Positions 30,438 through 39,937 of a stretch of 64,000 nucleotides of DNA are shown piece after piece. Positions within the stretch are counted from its first letter, which is position 1; each line of letters starts with the position of its first letter. Below the pieces are notes generated by a model. The model had not been told where the DNA came from. It ran no database searches and saw only the letters and a list, made by a program, of their open reading frames with translations. The position numbers were made by a program, and so were the translations under genes. This DNA comes from a bacterium (GTDB lineage Bacteria; Chloroflexota; Dormibacteria; Aeolococcales; Bog-877), in NCBI GenBank assembly GCA_021785655.1, contig JAJYET010000004.1:8907-72906 (forward strand), written 5' to 3'.

Positions 30438-30526
30438 GGCCCAAATATTGACATGGGTACCGCTCTGGAGCAGAGGCTTTGACTTGAAAGCGGCTGCAGG
30501 CAGAGCGGACCTTGAAGGAGCCTCCG

Positions 30527-31480
30527 ATGCCGACTCTCAAAGTGGTCGAGTCCCCGGCGCCCACCGCCGTCGAGCGCTGCGTCCAGGACTACCTGACCTC
30601 CTGCCGGGCCCGGGGCCTCGCCCCGGGGACCATCGTCCAGCTCACCTACTCGCTCCGGAGCGTCTTCCTGCCCTGGGCTGCCCAACAAGCGCTCACCGAG
30701 ATCGCCGACTTGACCCCGCGCATGCTGGAGCGGATGGCCGCCGATCTCCTGACCGCCGGGGGCAGGCGCGGACCGCTCGCTCGCCAGACCGTCCGCACCT
30801 ACCTGAGGGCCGTGAACCTCTGCCTCAAGTGGGCTAGGGCTGAGGGGGAACCCGTACCGGACCGGGCTGCCGCTCCACTCCCGAGGCTGCCCAAGACCCT
30901 CCCGCAGGTGCTGAGCCGGGAGCAGATCGCCGCCATCGAGTCTGCCTGCGCCACCGAACGCGACCGGTTGATCGTACGCCTCCTCGCCGACACCGGGATG
31001 CGGGTGGGAGAGCTCGCGGGCCTCCGCCTCGGAGACCTGCTGCAGCGCAGCCGCGGCTCCTTCCTGCGCCTGCGGGGCAAGGGGGACCGGGAGCGCCAGG
31101 TGCCAGTCATGCCCCACCTGGCCAACCGGATCCAGCGCTACGCCGCCCGGACCAGACCCGCCGATCCGGGGACCGATCGCCTCTTCGTCAGCCTCCGGCG
31201 CAGCCCCCGCACCGGGACCTACGAGCCGCTCACGACCTCCGGGATCCAGCAGATCATTCGCCATGCGGCCGGTCGGGCGGGGATCCCCCAGCGAGTCCAT
31301 CCGCATCTGTTCCGGCACTCTTTCGTGACCTGGGCGATCACGCGCGGAATGAACCCCATCCAGCTCGCCGAGATCGTCGGCCACTCGTCCACGGCAATGA
31401 TCCAGCAGGTCTACTCCCACCTCTCCCCCAGCGACGCCTATGAAGCCATGGCAGCGGCCCTCCTCGGGAAGGGGAGCTGA
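30527..31480 (+). CDS. int: tyrosine-type site-specific integrase
   Basis: R..HxxR..Y catalytic residues (HPHLFRHSFVTWA, ..VYSHL); GAAGGAG SD 6 nt upstream of ATG 30527; adjacent to tRNA-Val 3' end. Confidence 0.9.
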   Translation: MPTLKVVESPAPTAVERCVQDYLTSCRARGLAPGTIVQLTYSLRSVFLPWAAQQALTEIADLTPRMLERMAADLLTAGGRRGPLARQTVRTYLRAVNLCLKWARAEGEPVPDRAAAPLPRLPKTLPQVLSREQIAAIESACATERDRLIVRLLADTGMRVGELAGLRLGDLLQRSRGSFLRLRGKGDRERQVPVMPHLANRIQRYAARTRPADPGTDRLFVSLRRSPRTGTYEPLTTSGIQQIIRHAAGRAGIPQRVHPHLFRHSFVTWAITRGMNPIQLAEIVGHSSTAMIQQVYSHLSPSDAYEAMAAALLGKGS

Positions 31481-31594
31481 CGGCAGGGTGCTCTCCTGAC
31501 CCCCGGTCCGCCGTCCCGAGCGCCCCGGGACCGTCACCCTGCGTGGGAGCCACGGCAGGACGGGTCAAGGCACGCCGCATCCCGGTCGGATCCC

Positions 31595-31843
31595 TCAGCT
31601 CTTCGGGGCCGGTCGCCTCGGAGCATGGAAAGCTGGCAGGATCTCGTCCACACCGGAGACCGGGGGGGCCGCCGCGAGGGCGACCGCGATCTTCCGCAAC
31701 GTGTTGGGACTCACCGGCCGTCCAGCTGTCGCCGTGGTGACGGTGGCAGCACTGACACCAGCGGCCCGGGCAAGGTCCACATTGTTCCAACCTCTGCGGG
31801 CAATCTCAAACCTCAAGCGGTCGGCCGCCAGGATCACGCTCAC
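31595..31843 (-). CDS. XRE-family helix-turn-helix regulator (possible excision/immunity regulator)
   Basis: 82 aa; WNNVDLARAAGVSAATVTTATAGRPVSPNTLRKIA HTH; 4-nt overlap with upstream Rep-like ORF. Confidence 0.55.
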   Translation of the reverse strand: MSVILAADRLRFEIARRGWNNVDLARAAGVSAATVTTATAGRPVSPNTLRKIAVALAAAPPVSGVDEILPAFHAPRRPAPKS

Positions 31844-33065
31844 GGCCGGTCCAGCCCAGTGGGCTCGAACCCCGAGTTTCGAGGCTCAGTTCCTTTCCCG
31901 GCACTTCCCGTGTCGAGTAGACCCCGGCCAGCGGCCGTGGAGGCGGCCACCTCCATCCTCTGGCGGCCCTTGCGGTCGACGGTCTCGCTGAAGGTCGCAC
32001 CCCGCCGCTCCAGATAGTCGTAGACCCCGCGCACGGTGCGCCCCAGCGCGGCGCCGAGGCCGTGAGCGGCGCCCATCGCGGGCAGTCTGGAGACGCAGCC
32101 GACCAGCCCCCGGATGATCAGCAGCTCGTCCGTGGAGCGGACCAGGTCCCGCACCAGCGGAGACGCGGGCGAACCGATCTCCGCCTCCCGGATCACCTGC
32201 CACTCCCGGGCCCCCGGCCAGCGGGAACGGTGGGAGTCCGAGGTCGGAACCTCGAGCGAGACCCACTGGGTCGTGCAGCGCCACAGCTCCCGGCGCGCCT
32301 CCAGCGCCTCGGCCGGAGAGGAGTCTCCCAGTGACACCAGGGAGCGGCGGCGGAACTGGAACTCCACCCGCCAGACCGGCTGCTCCCGGTCCCAACCCTT
32401 CCAGATCGCCTTTGGCCACTCCCCTCCCCACCCCCTGAGCTCCAGGGTCTTGACGTAGCAGCGGGCCATCACGGCAACGCCACCGAAGACGAAGCCGCTC
32501 GGTCGGCGGCCCCGGAGATGGGCCCGTGCATAGATCGGCACCATGCAGGTGCGGCGGCGGACCGCGCGGCAGTGGAAGTGTCGAAGTCTTCGACAGCCGG
32601 AAACCAGCCCTGGGTGTCGCGGTACAGGTCCAGTCGCGAGATCCCGGGGAGAGGCTCATCTCGCATCACGTTTGCGGCCAGCCGCTCCGAGATTTCAGCC
32701 ACGGCGTCATCCACCCCCTGGGAGTGGAGGGAGGCGGAGTGGGTCTGGATGAAGACCGGCGGGAAGGGGGACGGCGCCCCGATCGCCACCTCCATGTTGG
32801 GAGAGCTGGCCCAGAACGGATAGCTCCGCCAGCCGTGGGGGTGCAGGGCTACCGAGAGGCACTGCTCGCCCCAGGGGACCACCTGGAACTCGTTGGTGCG
32901 CTGAGACTCCTCCTTGAGCGCCTCGAGGAAGACCAGCAGACCGTCCTGCAGCTCCCCACGGACGGAGCAGGGGAGCGTGTCCACCCCGGCGGCCGGAATC
33001 CTCAGGTCTGCCGCCACGATCGATCCGAGAGCCCGTCTGAGGTGGAGTGTGTATTTTCCCACCAC
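31840..33065 (-). pseudogene. replication initiator protein, RepSA-like (putative HUH/rolling-circle type), split across two frames
   Basis: N-terminal frame 32469..33065 (..LHPHGW..) and C-terminal frame 31840..32544 (..CYVKTLELRGWGGEW..WRVEFQF..YDYLERRG); frame change in overlap ~32470-32545. Confidence 0.4.
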
Positions 33066-34377
33066 TGTGTGACAGGCACTCGTGGTGGGAGAGGGCCTTG
33101 CCGCTCCACCTGGCGAGGGGCATCTGGTGGCTCCCCTCCAGGGAGCATTCCACCGCCTGGAACTCCTCCAGGGTCTCCTCCCGCCAGATGGCCCGCGGGG
33201 AATGGGGCGGGAGGAGAGCGGCCCTGTCGCTGTCCAGGCAGATGTGGCTGTTCACGGCGGCCCGGACCCGGAAGGCGACCGCGCCCTGGAGATGGGCCTT
33301 CAGCTGCCCCGGCATCGCCTCGGCATCCTGGCGCTGGGTGCAGCAGACGAGGTGGACCCCCACCGACCGCCCCAGCCTGGCGACCTCCCCGAGCCGCCCG
33401 CTGGCCGCCTGCTGGGCGGCGCGGTCGGCCCGGTCGTCGCCCAGGTCGAGACAGGTCAGCTCCGCCACCTCGTCCACCGCGACCGGCAGCCGGGGCCAGC
33501 TCGGCGGGGAAGCCGGTCTCTCCGAGGAAGCAGCCTCCCGCACCTCCCGGAGCCGCCGGTCCACCTCCTGCCGGACCCGCCCCAGAGTGTCGGCCGCCGC
33601 CAGGAGGCCGTCCGCCAGGGGGTAGATGGCGTGAGGTAGGCCCCTGAAAGGGGCGAGCTCCACCCCACCTTCGAGGTCGATGACGGCCACCTGGAGGTCC
33701 TCCGGTTCGTGCTCCCGGCAGAGGACGGTGAGCACCTGCCGTAGGAAGACAGGCTTGCCCCCTCCGGTCATCCCGCCCGCCAAGAGGTGGGGGCGGGCGT
33801 TCAGGTCCACCCAGAAGGATCCCCGGCGCCCTCTGCCGAGGCCGATGAGGAACCTCTCCGGCGGCCGGGGCGAGCTGTACATCTCCCGGTACGCGAGGTG
33901 GTACGGGATGCGGTGCCGCAGCACCTCGGTCACCAGGCCCCCGCGCTCCTCACACACCCGCAGCGAACACTCACTGCGGGCCTCCAGGGGCTCCTGCCGC
34001 TGCGGGACGTCCCACAGGGTGACCACGGGCGGCACCCGCCAACGCAGGGTCACGGTGCGCCGCTGCCACCTCGCGTTTGGCCGCGCTCCCGGCGCCACCA
34101 CCCGGCCCCTCCGGTCCACACCCACAACGCCGCACTCCACCATCGCCCGGCGCAGTCTGGCCGCCGGGGACCTGCCCCTCCCGTCGACCGTGAGAAGCGC
34201 TGCGGCCGAGGCCGCGATGAGGGTCCCGCACGATGAGGCACCTTCGCCCCAGTGCAGTTCGGATGCCGCGACCGGGTCGGCCACCAGTACCCAGTCGGCC
34301 GGCTGCCCGAGGAGCCACGTCCCGACGGCCCCGGGATCCGATAGGGCCCTGGGGTCGGCCAGGTACCTGCCGCCCAT
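32707..34377 (-). CDS. traB: FtsK/SpoIIIE-family DNA translocase TraB/TraSA-like; 3' end uncertain
   Basis: Walker A GMTGGGKPVF, Walker B-like VAVDEVAEL, ..HLVCCTQR; ATG 34377 overlaps stop of upstream small ORF (TGATG); recognisable domain ends near 33120, remainder low-complexity read-through. Confidence 0.65.
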   Translation of the reverse strand: MGGRYLADPRALSDPGAVGTWLLGQPADWVLVADPVAASELHWGEGASSCGTLIAASAAALLTVDGRGRSPAARLRRAMVECGVVGVDRRGRVVAPGARPNARWQRRTVTLRWRVPPVVTLWDVPQRQEPLEARSECSLRVCEERGGLVTEVLRHRIPYHLAYREMYSSPRPPERFLIGLGRGRRGSFWVDLNARPHLLAGGMTGGGKPVFLRQVLTVLCREHEPEDLQVAVIDLEGGVELAPFRGLPHAIYPLADGLLAAADTLGRVRQEVDRRLREVREAASSERPASPPSWPRLPVAVDEVAELTCLDLGDDRADRAAQQAASGRLGEVARLGRSVGVHLVCCTQRQDAEAMPGQLKAHLQGAVAFRVRAAVNSHICLDSDRAALLPPHSPRAIWREETLEEFQAVECSLEGSHQMPLARWSGKALSHHECLSHSGGKIHTPPQTGSRIDRGGRPEDSGRRGGHAPLLRPWGAAGRSAGLPRGAQGGVSAHQRVPGGPLGRAVPLGSPAPPRLAELSVLGQLSQHGGGDRGAVPLPAGLHPDPLRLPPLPGGG

Positions 34378-34622
34378 CAGAACGAGGAGGCCGCCGGGGC
34401 CGGATGTGAAGCACGCAGCGGCGGGCTCGGGCTCCCCTCCGCGATGAAGCCCGAGATCAGCCAGATGGCGAGGAGCAGCGCCAGCAGGACCCAGCAGCCG
34501 ATGCGTCCCCCCGGGGTACCCCGGAGGAGGGAGCGGAGGACCGCCAGCACGACCATGACGCTGAACAGGACGGCGGCCGCCACCACCACGAAGGTGAGGA
34601 TCGCCCCCAGGACGCCGGTCAC
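34377..34622 (-). CDS. small two-TM membrane protein (Spd-like spread protein candidate)
   Basis: 81 aa, two hydrophobic helices; translationally coupled between the SSB-like ORF and traB. Confidence 0.35.
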   Translation of the reverse strand: MTGVLGAILTFVVVAAAVLFSVMVVLAVLRSLLRGTPGGRIGCWVLLALLLAIWLISGFIAEGSPSPPLRASHPAPAASSF

Positions 34623-34985
34623 TTCCGGGCCCTTGCCTGGGTCTCAGTGGCACCCTCCTTCCGGAGAGGCGAGAGGTACGTGATGTGGTCCGCCACCACT
34701 ACCAGGCGAAGCTGGCCTCCCCCCTCCGTGCCTTCCGGGTTGTAGAAGATGCCGCGGAGCCGGCCGGTCACCGCGACCCTTGAGCCCTTGCCAATAAAGC
34801 GCACCCGGTTCCTCGCCTGGCCCCCCGGGCCTCGACCCGACCCAGTCCGGCTCCTGGGTGCGGTCCCGCCGACACACCGCGCAGAGGGCGCTCTCCTTCA
34901 CCTGCGGGTCCGGCTCCCCTGCCGTGAGGAACTCCTGGACCCGAACCTCAGAGGCGACCACCCCGATCAGCTCGACGTGGGTCAT
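34619..34985 (-). pseudogene. small SSB-like OB-fold protein split over two frames
   Basis: frame A MTHVELIGVVASEVRV..ALCAVCRR; frame B ..GSRVAVTGRLRGIFYNPEGTEGGGQLRLVVVADHITYL resembles SSB L45/beta strands; frame change ~34800. Confidence 0.35.
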
Positions 34986-35185
34986 CGCCCCACCTCCCGC
35001 TCCCCCACCTGCCGCTCTGGCCCTCCCAGCCCTCGGGCGGGCGTCCTCCCGGCATCACCGCCCACCAGGGCAGGTGGCACATCTCCTGGCCCCCGTTGTC
35101 TTCGTCCTCATGCTTATCGCCCCGAGGTCTCCGCAGGTCCTTTGACATCTCTCACCTTCTGTGCTGGCGGTGCTCCGGCCCGGGT

Positions 35186-35195
35186 GGACCGGTCC
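35186..35195 (+). promoter_or_regulatory. perfect 10-bp palindrome GGACCGGTCC upstream of the ssb-traB-rep operon (candidate KorSA operator)
   Basis: located in the 325-bp gap between korSA 3' end and the transfer operon start. Confidence 0.25.
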
Positions 35196-35309
35196 AGATT
35201 AGCAGGTCCGCAAGGGATGTCAAGAGGTGGCGCGGACCACTTTTGGAGGCTGCGGGGAGCTACTAGGAGGAGATCTGCCCCGAGGGGCCGGGGGGTCAGG
35301 GGATGGTTC

Positions 35310-36101
35310 TCAATACCCCTCTGGCACCCGGGGGAAGACCAGGGTGGTCATGTCGCCCGGAAGGTGGCTCTCGATCACCGCCACCACCTGCTCCTGTTCC
35401 CGCATCACCCGGTACAGCTGCAGCACCGGCACCCCGTCCGGTAGCGCCAGCAGCGCCTTCAGGTGGGAAGTCGGCATGGAGGCCTCTACCACGTCCTCCC
35501 CCTCCTCCCCTGGCAGCCCCCTGAACTTGAGCAGGTCCGGGAGCCAGAAGCCGGTCAGCTCCTCTTCCCGGATCCCCGCCTCCTCCTCCGCCACCGGGTG
35601 AAGCCACACCCGGGCCAGGATCGGGGCCCCGGTGACGTCGATCCCGGTACCCTCCTGGACCAGCACCACCGTGCCTGGAGCCACCTGGAGAAGCTCCCCC
35701 ACCCAAGGGGTGACCGGGATCCTCCGAGTGAGGTCCCCCAGCAGCCCCTGAATCTTGAAGGCGCGCCCGGTGGAGGGATCAGCTGCCGGCTCCTCAACCG
35801 GCCCGACCTGCGGCCGGGCGGTGCCCACCGCCCGGGCTTGCACCCTCTGGCGCTCAGCCTTGGGGTCGCGGACGAAGCTCCCGGAGCCGTGCTCGGACGC
35901 CACCCTCCCTTCCTGCTTCAGCACCCCCAACGCGCTGCGCACCGTGGAACGGGTCACGTGGTACCTCGCCATGAGCTTGCGCTCAGAGGGGAAGGCCACC
36001 CCCGGCGGCAGACGTCCCTCCTCGATCTCGAGCCGGAGGGCCGCCGCCAGCTGCTGGTACAGAGGATCAGAGCTGTCTCGGTCCAAGCAGTACGTCGCCA
36101 T
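35310..36101 (-). CDS. korSA: GntR-family (HutC/UTRA subfamily) transcriptional repressor, KorSA-like
   Basis: N-terminal wHTH (SERKLMARYHVTRSTVRSALGVLKQEGRV) and UTRA effector domain. Confidence 0.8.
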   Translation of the reverse strand: MATYCLDRDSSDPLYQQLAAALRLEIEEGRLPPGVAFPSERKLMARYHVTRSTVRSALGVLKQEGRVASEHGSGSFVRDPKAERQRVQARAVGTARPQVGPVEEPAADPSTGRAFKIQGLLGDLTRRIPVTPWVGELLQVAPGTVVLVQEGTGIDVTGAPILARVWLHPVAEEEAGIREEELTGFWLPDLLKFRGLPGEEGEDVVEASMPTSHLKALLALPDGVPVLQLYRVMREQEQVVAVIESHLPGDMTTLVFPRVPEGY

Positions 36102-36254
36102 AGGTGCAGCTTATTTGGTCCGGACCAGTCTTGCAACTTTCCGCTCTTGGAGCACCGCCGGGGACCTGGCGGAGCGAACCGGGGAAGGGGTTGGGATGAA
36201 TCTCCCCAGGCGCCGGCTTAGGATCGCCGACGTCCCACGGTCGTCCTCCGGCTT

Positions 36255-37412
36255 CTAGTGGTCCGGCGGCCAAATAGGTGAAGCCCATAAGCTGGCAGTA
36301 TGAAGATGATGCCAGCGGCGGAACCTTTGCCGGTGACCAGGGAAGACCGGGCGGCGTTGGAGAGGCTCGCGAAGTCGACTTCGCGGAGTCACCGAGCGGT
36401 GCTGCAAGCGCGAGGACTGCTGTTGGCTAGCGAAGGGGTGGCCAACTACGAGATCGCTCGGCGCGTGGGCGTGTGCTCCAACACAGTCCGGAGTTGGCGG
36501 CGGAGCTTTCCACAACGGGGTGTGGCGGGGGTGGGAGTGATTCGCCCCGGTCGGGGCCGCAAGCCGTGGCTGCCCGAGGGGACGGTGGCGGAGGTGGTGC
36601 GATTGACGCAGCAAGAACTGCCGGCTGATGGCTCCACCCACTGGACCACTCGGAGCTTGGCCCGACGAGTGGGGATCGGCAAGGACAGTGTGGGGCAGAT
36701 CTGGAAGGACCACGACCTCAAGCCGTGGAAGGTGGAGACCTTCAAGATCTCCAATGATCCTGCCTTCGAAGAGAAGCTGGTGGACGTGGTGGGGCTGTAC
36801 CTGAACCCGCCCGAGCGCGCTGTGGTGTTCAGCGTCGACGAGAAGACCCAGTGCCAAGCCCTGGACCGGACCCAGCCAGGACTGCCCATGCGGCCGGGCC
36901 GAGCGGGAACCATGACCCACGACTACAAGCGCAACGGCACCACCGACCTGTATGCGGCCCTCAACATCGCCACCGGGCAAATGCTGACCGACTGTCGGGA
37001 TCGACACACCGCCAAGGACTTCGTGCGCTTCCTGCGGATCATTGACCGCAACGTGCCGGTCCAGTTGGACGTGCACCTGGTCTTGGACAACCTCTCCGCG
37101 CACAAAGCCCCCGAGGTGCAGGCCTGGTTGGCACATCCGCAGCGACGTCGCTTTCACCTCCACTTCACGCCGACCAGCTCCAGCTGGGTCAATCTGGTCG
37201 AGCGCTGGTTCAAAGAGCTGACCGACAAACGCCCGCGGCGCGGCACCTTCAGCAACGTGCCCGCCCTCATCGACGCCATCAAACTCTGGGTGTCCCACTG
37301 GAACGACAACCCCCAGCCTTTTGTATGGCACACACCCGCGGACGAGATCATCGCCAAGGTCCGCAGGGGCCGCGCTGCACTAGCCCAACTTAATTCACCG
37401 ACGGACCACTAG
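36255..37412 (+). mobile_element. IS630-family insertion sequence, copy 1
   Basis: imperfect terminal inverted repeats CTAGTGGTCCGGCGG.. / ..CCGACGGACCACTAG; TA target duplication; single transposase ORF filling element. Confidence 0.75.
36300..37412 (+). CDS. IS630-family DDE transposase
   Basis: 370 aa; N-terminal HTH, DDE core (..VFSVDEKTQCQALDR.., ..VHLVLDNLSAHK.., ..YSSWVNLVERWF). Confidence 0.85.
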   Translation: MKMMPAAEPLPVTREDRAALERLAKSTSRSHRAVLQARGLLLASEGVANYEIARRVGVCSNTVRSWRRSFPQRGVAGVGVIRPGRGRKPWLPEGTVAEVVRLTQQELPADGSTHWTTRSLARRVGIGKDSVGQIWKDHDLKPWKVETFKISNDPAFEEKLVDVVGLYLNPPERAVVFSVDEKTQCQALDRTQPGLPMRPGRAGTMTHDYKRNGTTDLYAALNIATGQMLTDCRDRHTAKDFVRFLRIIDRNVPVQLDVHLVLDNLSAHKAPEVQAWLAHPQRRRFHLHFTPTSSSWVNLVERWFKELTDKRPRRGTFSNVPALIDAIKLWVSHWNDNPQPFVWHTPADEIIAKVRRGRAALAQLNSPTDH

Positions 37413-39937
37413 AGCCTGGGGTCGACCGGCTCGCTCTCCAGTGCGAGGATTCCGAAGACGCACTCGTGAACCCGGTGCAGGCCTTCTGATCGGACGAACC
37501 TCTCTAAGGCCTCGATCCCCAGGGCAAACTCGCGAACCGCCAGCGAGCGCTTGAGCCCGAGCGAGCGTTCCCGGAGCCGGCTGAGGTTGGCGGGCAGCGT
37601 GTACTCGGGACCGTAGATGATGCGGAGGTACTCCGGTCCGCGGCACTTGACGGCGGGCTGGAGCAGCCCTCGGCGGCCCGTCGCCACAAAGGGCAGGGGT
37701 TTCACCACCATGCCCTCTGCGCCCCTCTGAACCAGGTCCTCCCACCAGCGGATCGCGGTCCGCTCGCTGACCGGGTCGGTGAGGTCAACCGAGGCGTGGG
37801 CAGTGGCGACGATGACGGAATCGGCGTCCGACGCCAGGCGGGCCAGGGTGGCCATGTGCCACACATGGTCTCGATCTGCATGCACCACCGCCCCGCTGGC
37901 GAGGAGGTGGAACGGAGCGATCCGCAGATCGTCGACGGACTTCACGTCCCAGCAGTAGCGGCGATAGGCATCCCGGTACCCGCTAATGAGCCGGGCTCTG
38001 GCCTGGGTGCGATCGGCCAAGTCGCCGACGTCGACTCCGCGCGCACGCGCAGCGTCGAGGGCTGGCAGCGCCGCCGCGAACGCCTGCTCCGCGGCCGAAG
38101 CTACTGCGGAGTACTGGCTGACCAAGAGCTCTCCTGCCTTGACCGACCAGGGCATCACCTCCATGTCGAGGGCAGCCCAGTCGCTAGCGAGCTCGTCCCA
38201 GAGGCCGGCCCGGTCCAGAGCGTTGCGCAGCCGCTCTAGAACAGCCGCCTCAAAGGCGCGGTCGGCGAAGAACCTCCGGCCGGTCCGTGTGTACACGATC
38301 CCCCCCGCGTCACTGGCGATGTGAAACCGGCGCTCGATCGCGCCCGGATCACGGCCCGCGATGGCGACGGCGCGCGACCCCATGTGCTTCTCTTGGCACA
38401 CAACCTGTTCCACCCCGCCGCGACGGAAATAGTCAAAGGCCTCGGCGGGGTGCTCGAGCAGGCCCTCGTTCGCGGTCGTTGCCGGGGGAGACATGGTGGG
38501 CGGCAGATAGACGATCCAGCGAGGATCGACGGCGAAGCGGCTCACGGCCTCGAGGGCAGCAGCGGCGTTCTCGTCGGGGATCGTGACGTTGCCCACGAGG
38601 CGCGTGGTGATCGTCCGCCGTCCCAGGACGTCCGCGGCGTACAGGGCTAGGCTGTCACGCTCGCTGGGAGCCTGAGCAGCCGACAGCGGCCGGGTGGGCT
38701 GGTAGTACATGCGCGCGGCGGGTACCTCGACGAGCTCCCGCTCGGGGTAACGTAGGGCGGTGAGCCGACCGCCAAAGACGCAGCCCGTGTCGATGCAGAT
38801 CGTGTTGTTCAGCCACTCGGCAGCGGGTACGGGCGTATGACCGTAGACCACCATGGCGGCACCACGGTAGTCGGCGGCCCAGTTGTAGCGAACGGGAAGC
38901 CCGAACTCATCGGTCTCCCCGGTCGTCTCCCCATAGAGGGCGAATTCCCGAACCCGGCGGGAGGCGCGTCCCTGGAGCCTCTCGGCCATCCCAGCGTGAG
39001 CGACCACCAGCCGTCCGTCATCAAGAACCAAGTGGCTTACCAGCGTGTCGATGAAGGAGGCGACCTCCTGGCGGAACTCGAACGGCTCGGCTTCTAGCTG
39101 CGCCAGCGATTCGGCCAGGCCGTGGCTCACCGTCACTTGCCGCCCTTGGAGGGCGCGCATCAGCTTGATGTCGTGATTGCCGGGGACGCAGAGTGCGCTG
39201 CCGGTCCGAGTCATGGCCATAACGGTGCGGAGGACCCCGGGGGTCGAGGGGCCGCGATCGACCAGGTCGCCGAGGAAGATGACCTTCCGTCCCTCCGGAT
39301 GGCTGTACCCGCCGTCGGCCGGCTGATAGCCGAGACGGCCGAGGAGGGCGACCAGCTCCTCATGGCAGCCATGGACGTCCCCGATCACATCGAATGGCCC
39401 GTGCCAGTCGCGGCGGTCGGTCCAGAGCCGCTGGCGCTCGACGACCGCGGCATCGACCTCCTCTTGGGAGCGGAGGATGGTCACATAACGGAAGCCCTCG
39501 CGCTGCAGATCCCGTGCCGACCGGTGGAGCTGGAAGATCTGGTTGCGGACCACGTGGGGCCCCAGATTCCGGTCCGGGCGCTCGCGCGAGCGCTGCTGAA
39601 GAACCGACTCCTGGAGATCGAAGACGATCGCCACCGCGAGTACGTCGTTGTCACGAGCGAGCTCGACCAGCGGACGGCGCGCTTCCTTCTGGACGTTGGT
39701 CGCGTCGATGACCGCGAGGCGCCTTAGACCGAGCCTCGCCGAGGCGACGGCGTGCATCACCGCGAAGGCCGGCTGGTTGACGTCGAGGGCATTCTCGTCG
39801 TCGGCCACCATGGCCCTGCAGGCGTCGGAGGAGATAACCTCGGTGGGGAGGAAGTGCTTGCGGGCGAAGCTGGACTTGCCCGAGGAGGTCGCGCCGACCA
39901 GTACCACGAGGGAGAGCTCAGGGATGGTGATGGTCAT
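37409..39937 (-). CDS. pnkp: polynucleotide kinase-phosphatase Pnkp (kinase/phosphatase/ligase)
   Basis: P-loop GATSSGKSS, calcineurin-like GDVHGC..GNHD phosphoesterase, C-terminal adenylyltransferase/ligase domain; 842 aa; 4-nt overlap with hen1. Confidence 0.85.
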   Translation of the reverse strand: MTITIPELSLVVLVGATSSGKSSFARKHFLPTEVISSDACRAMVADDENALDVNQPAFAVMHAVASARLGLRRLAVIDATNVQKEARRPLVELARDNDVLAVAIVFDLQESVLQQRSRERPDRNLGPHVVRNQIFQLHRSARDLQREGFRYVTILRSQEEVDAAVVERQRLWTDRRDWHGPFDVIGDVHGCHEELVALLGRLGYQPADGGYSHPEGRKVIFLGDLVDRGPSTPGVLRTVMAMTRTGSALCVPGNHDIKLMRALQGRQVTVSHGLAESLAQLEAEPFEFRQEVASFIDTLVSHLVLDDGRLVVAHAGMAERLQGRASRRVREFALYGETTGETDEFGLPVRYNWAADYRGAAMVVYGHTPVPAAEWLNNTICIDTGCVFGGRLTALRYPERELVEVPAARMYYQPTRPLSAAQAPSERDSLALYAADVLGRRTITTRLVGNVTIPDENAAAALEAVSRFAVDPRWIVYLPPTMSPPATTANEGLLEHPAEAFDYFRRGGVEQVVCQEKHMGSRAVAIAGRDPGAIERRFHIASDAGGIVYTRTGRRFFADRAFEAAVLERLRNALDRAGLWDELASDWAALDMEVMPWSVKAGELLVSQYSAVASAAEQAFAAALPALDAARARGVDVGDLADRTQARARLISGYRDAYRRYCWDVKSVDDLRIAPFHLLASGAVVHADRDHVWHMATLARLASDADSVIVATAHASVDLTDPVSERTAIRWWEDLVQRGAEGMVVKPLPFVATGRRGLLQPAVKCRGPEYLRIIYGPEYTLPANLSRLRERSLGLKRSLAVREFALGIEALERFVRSEGLHRVHECVFGILALESEPVDPRL

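Noticed and set aside
33680-34447. 255-aa plus-strand ORF
   Set aside because: Antisense to traB; no motifs.
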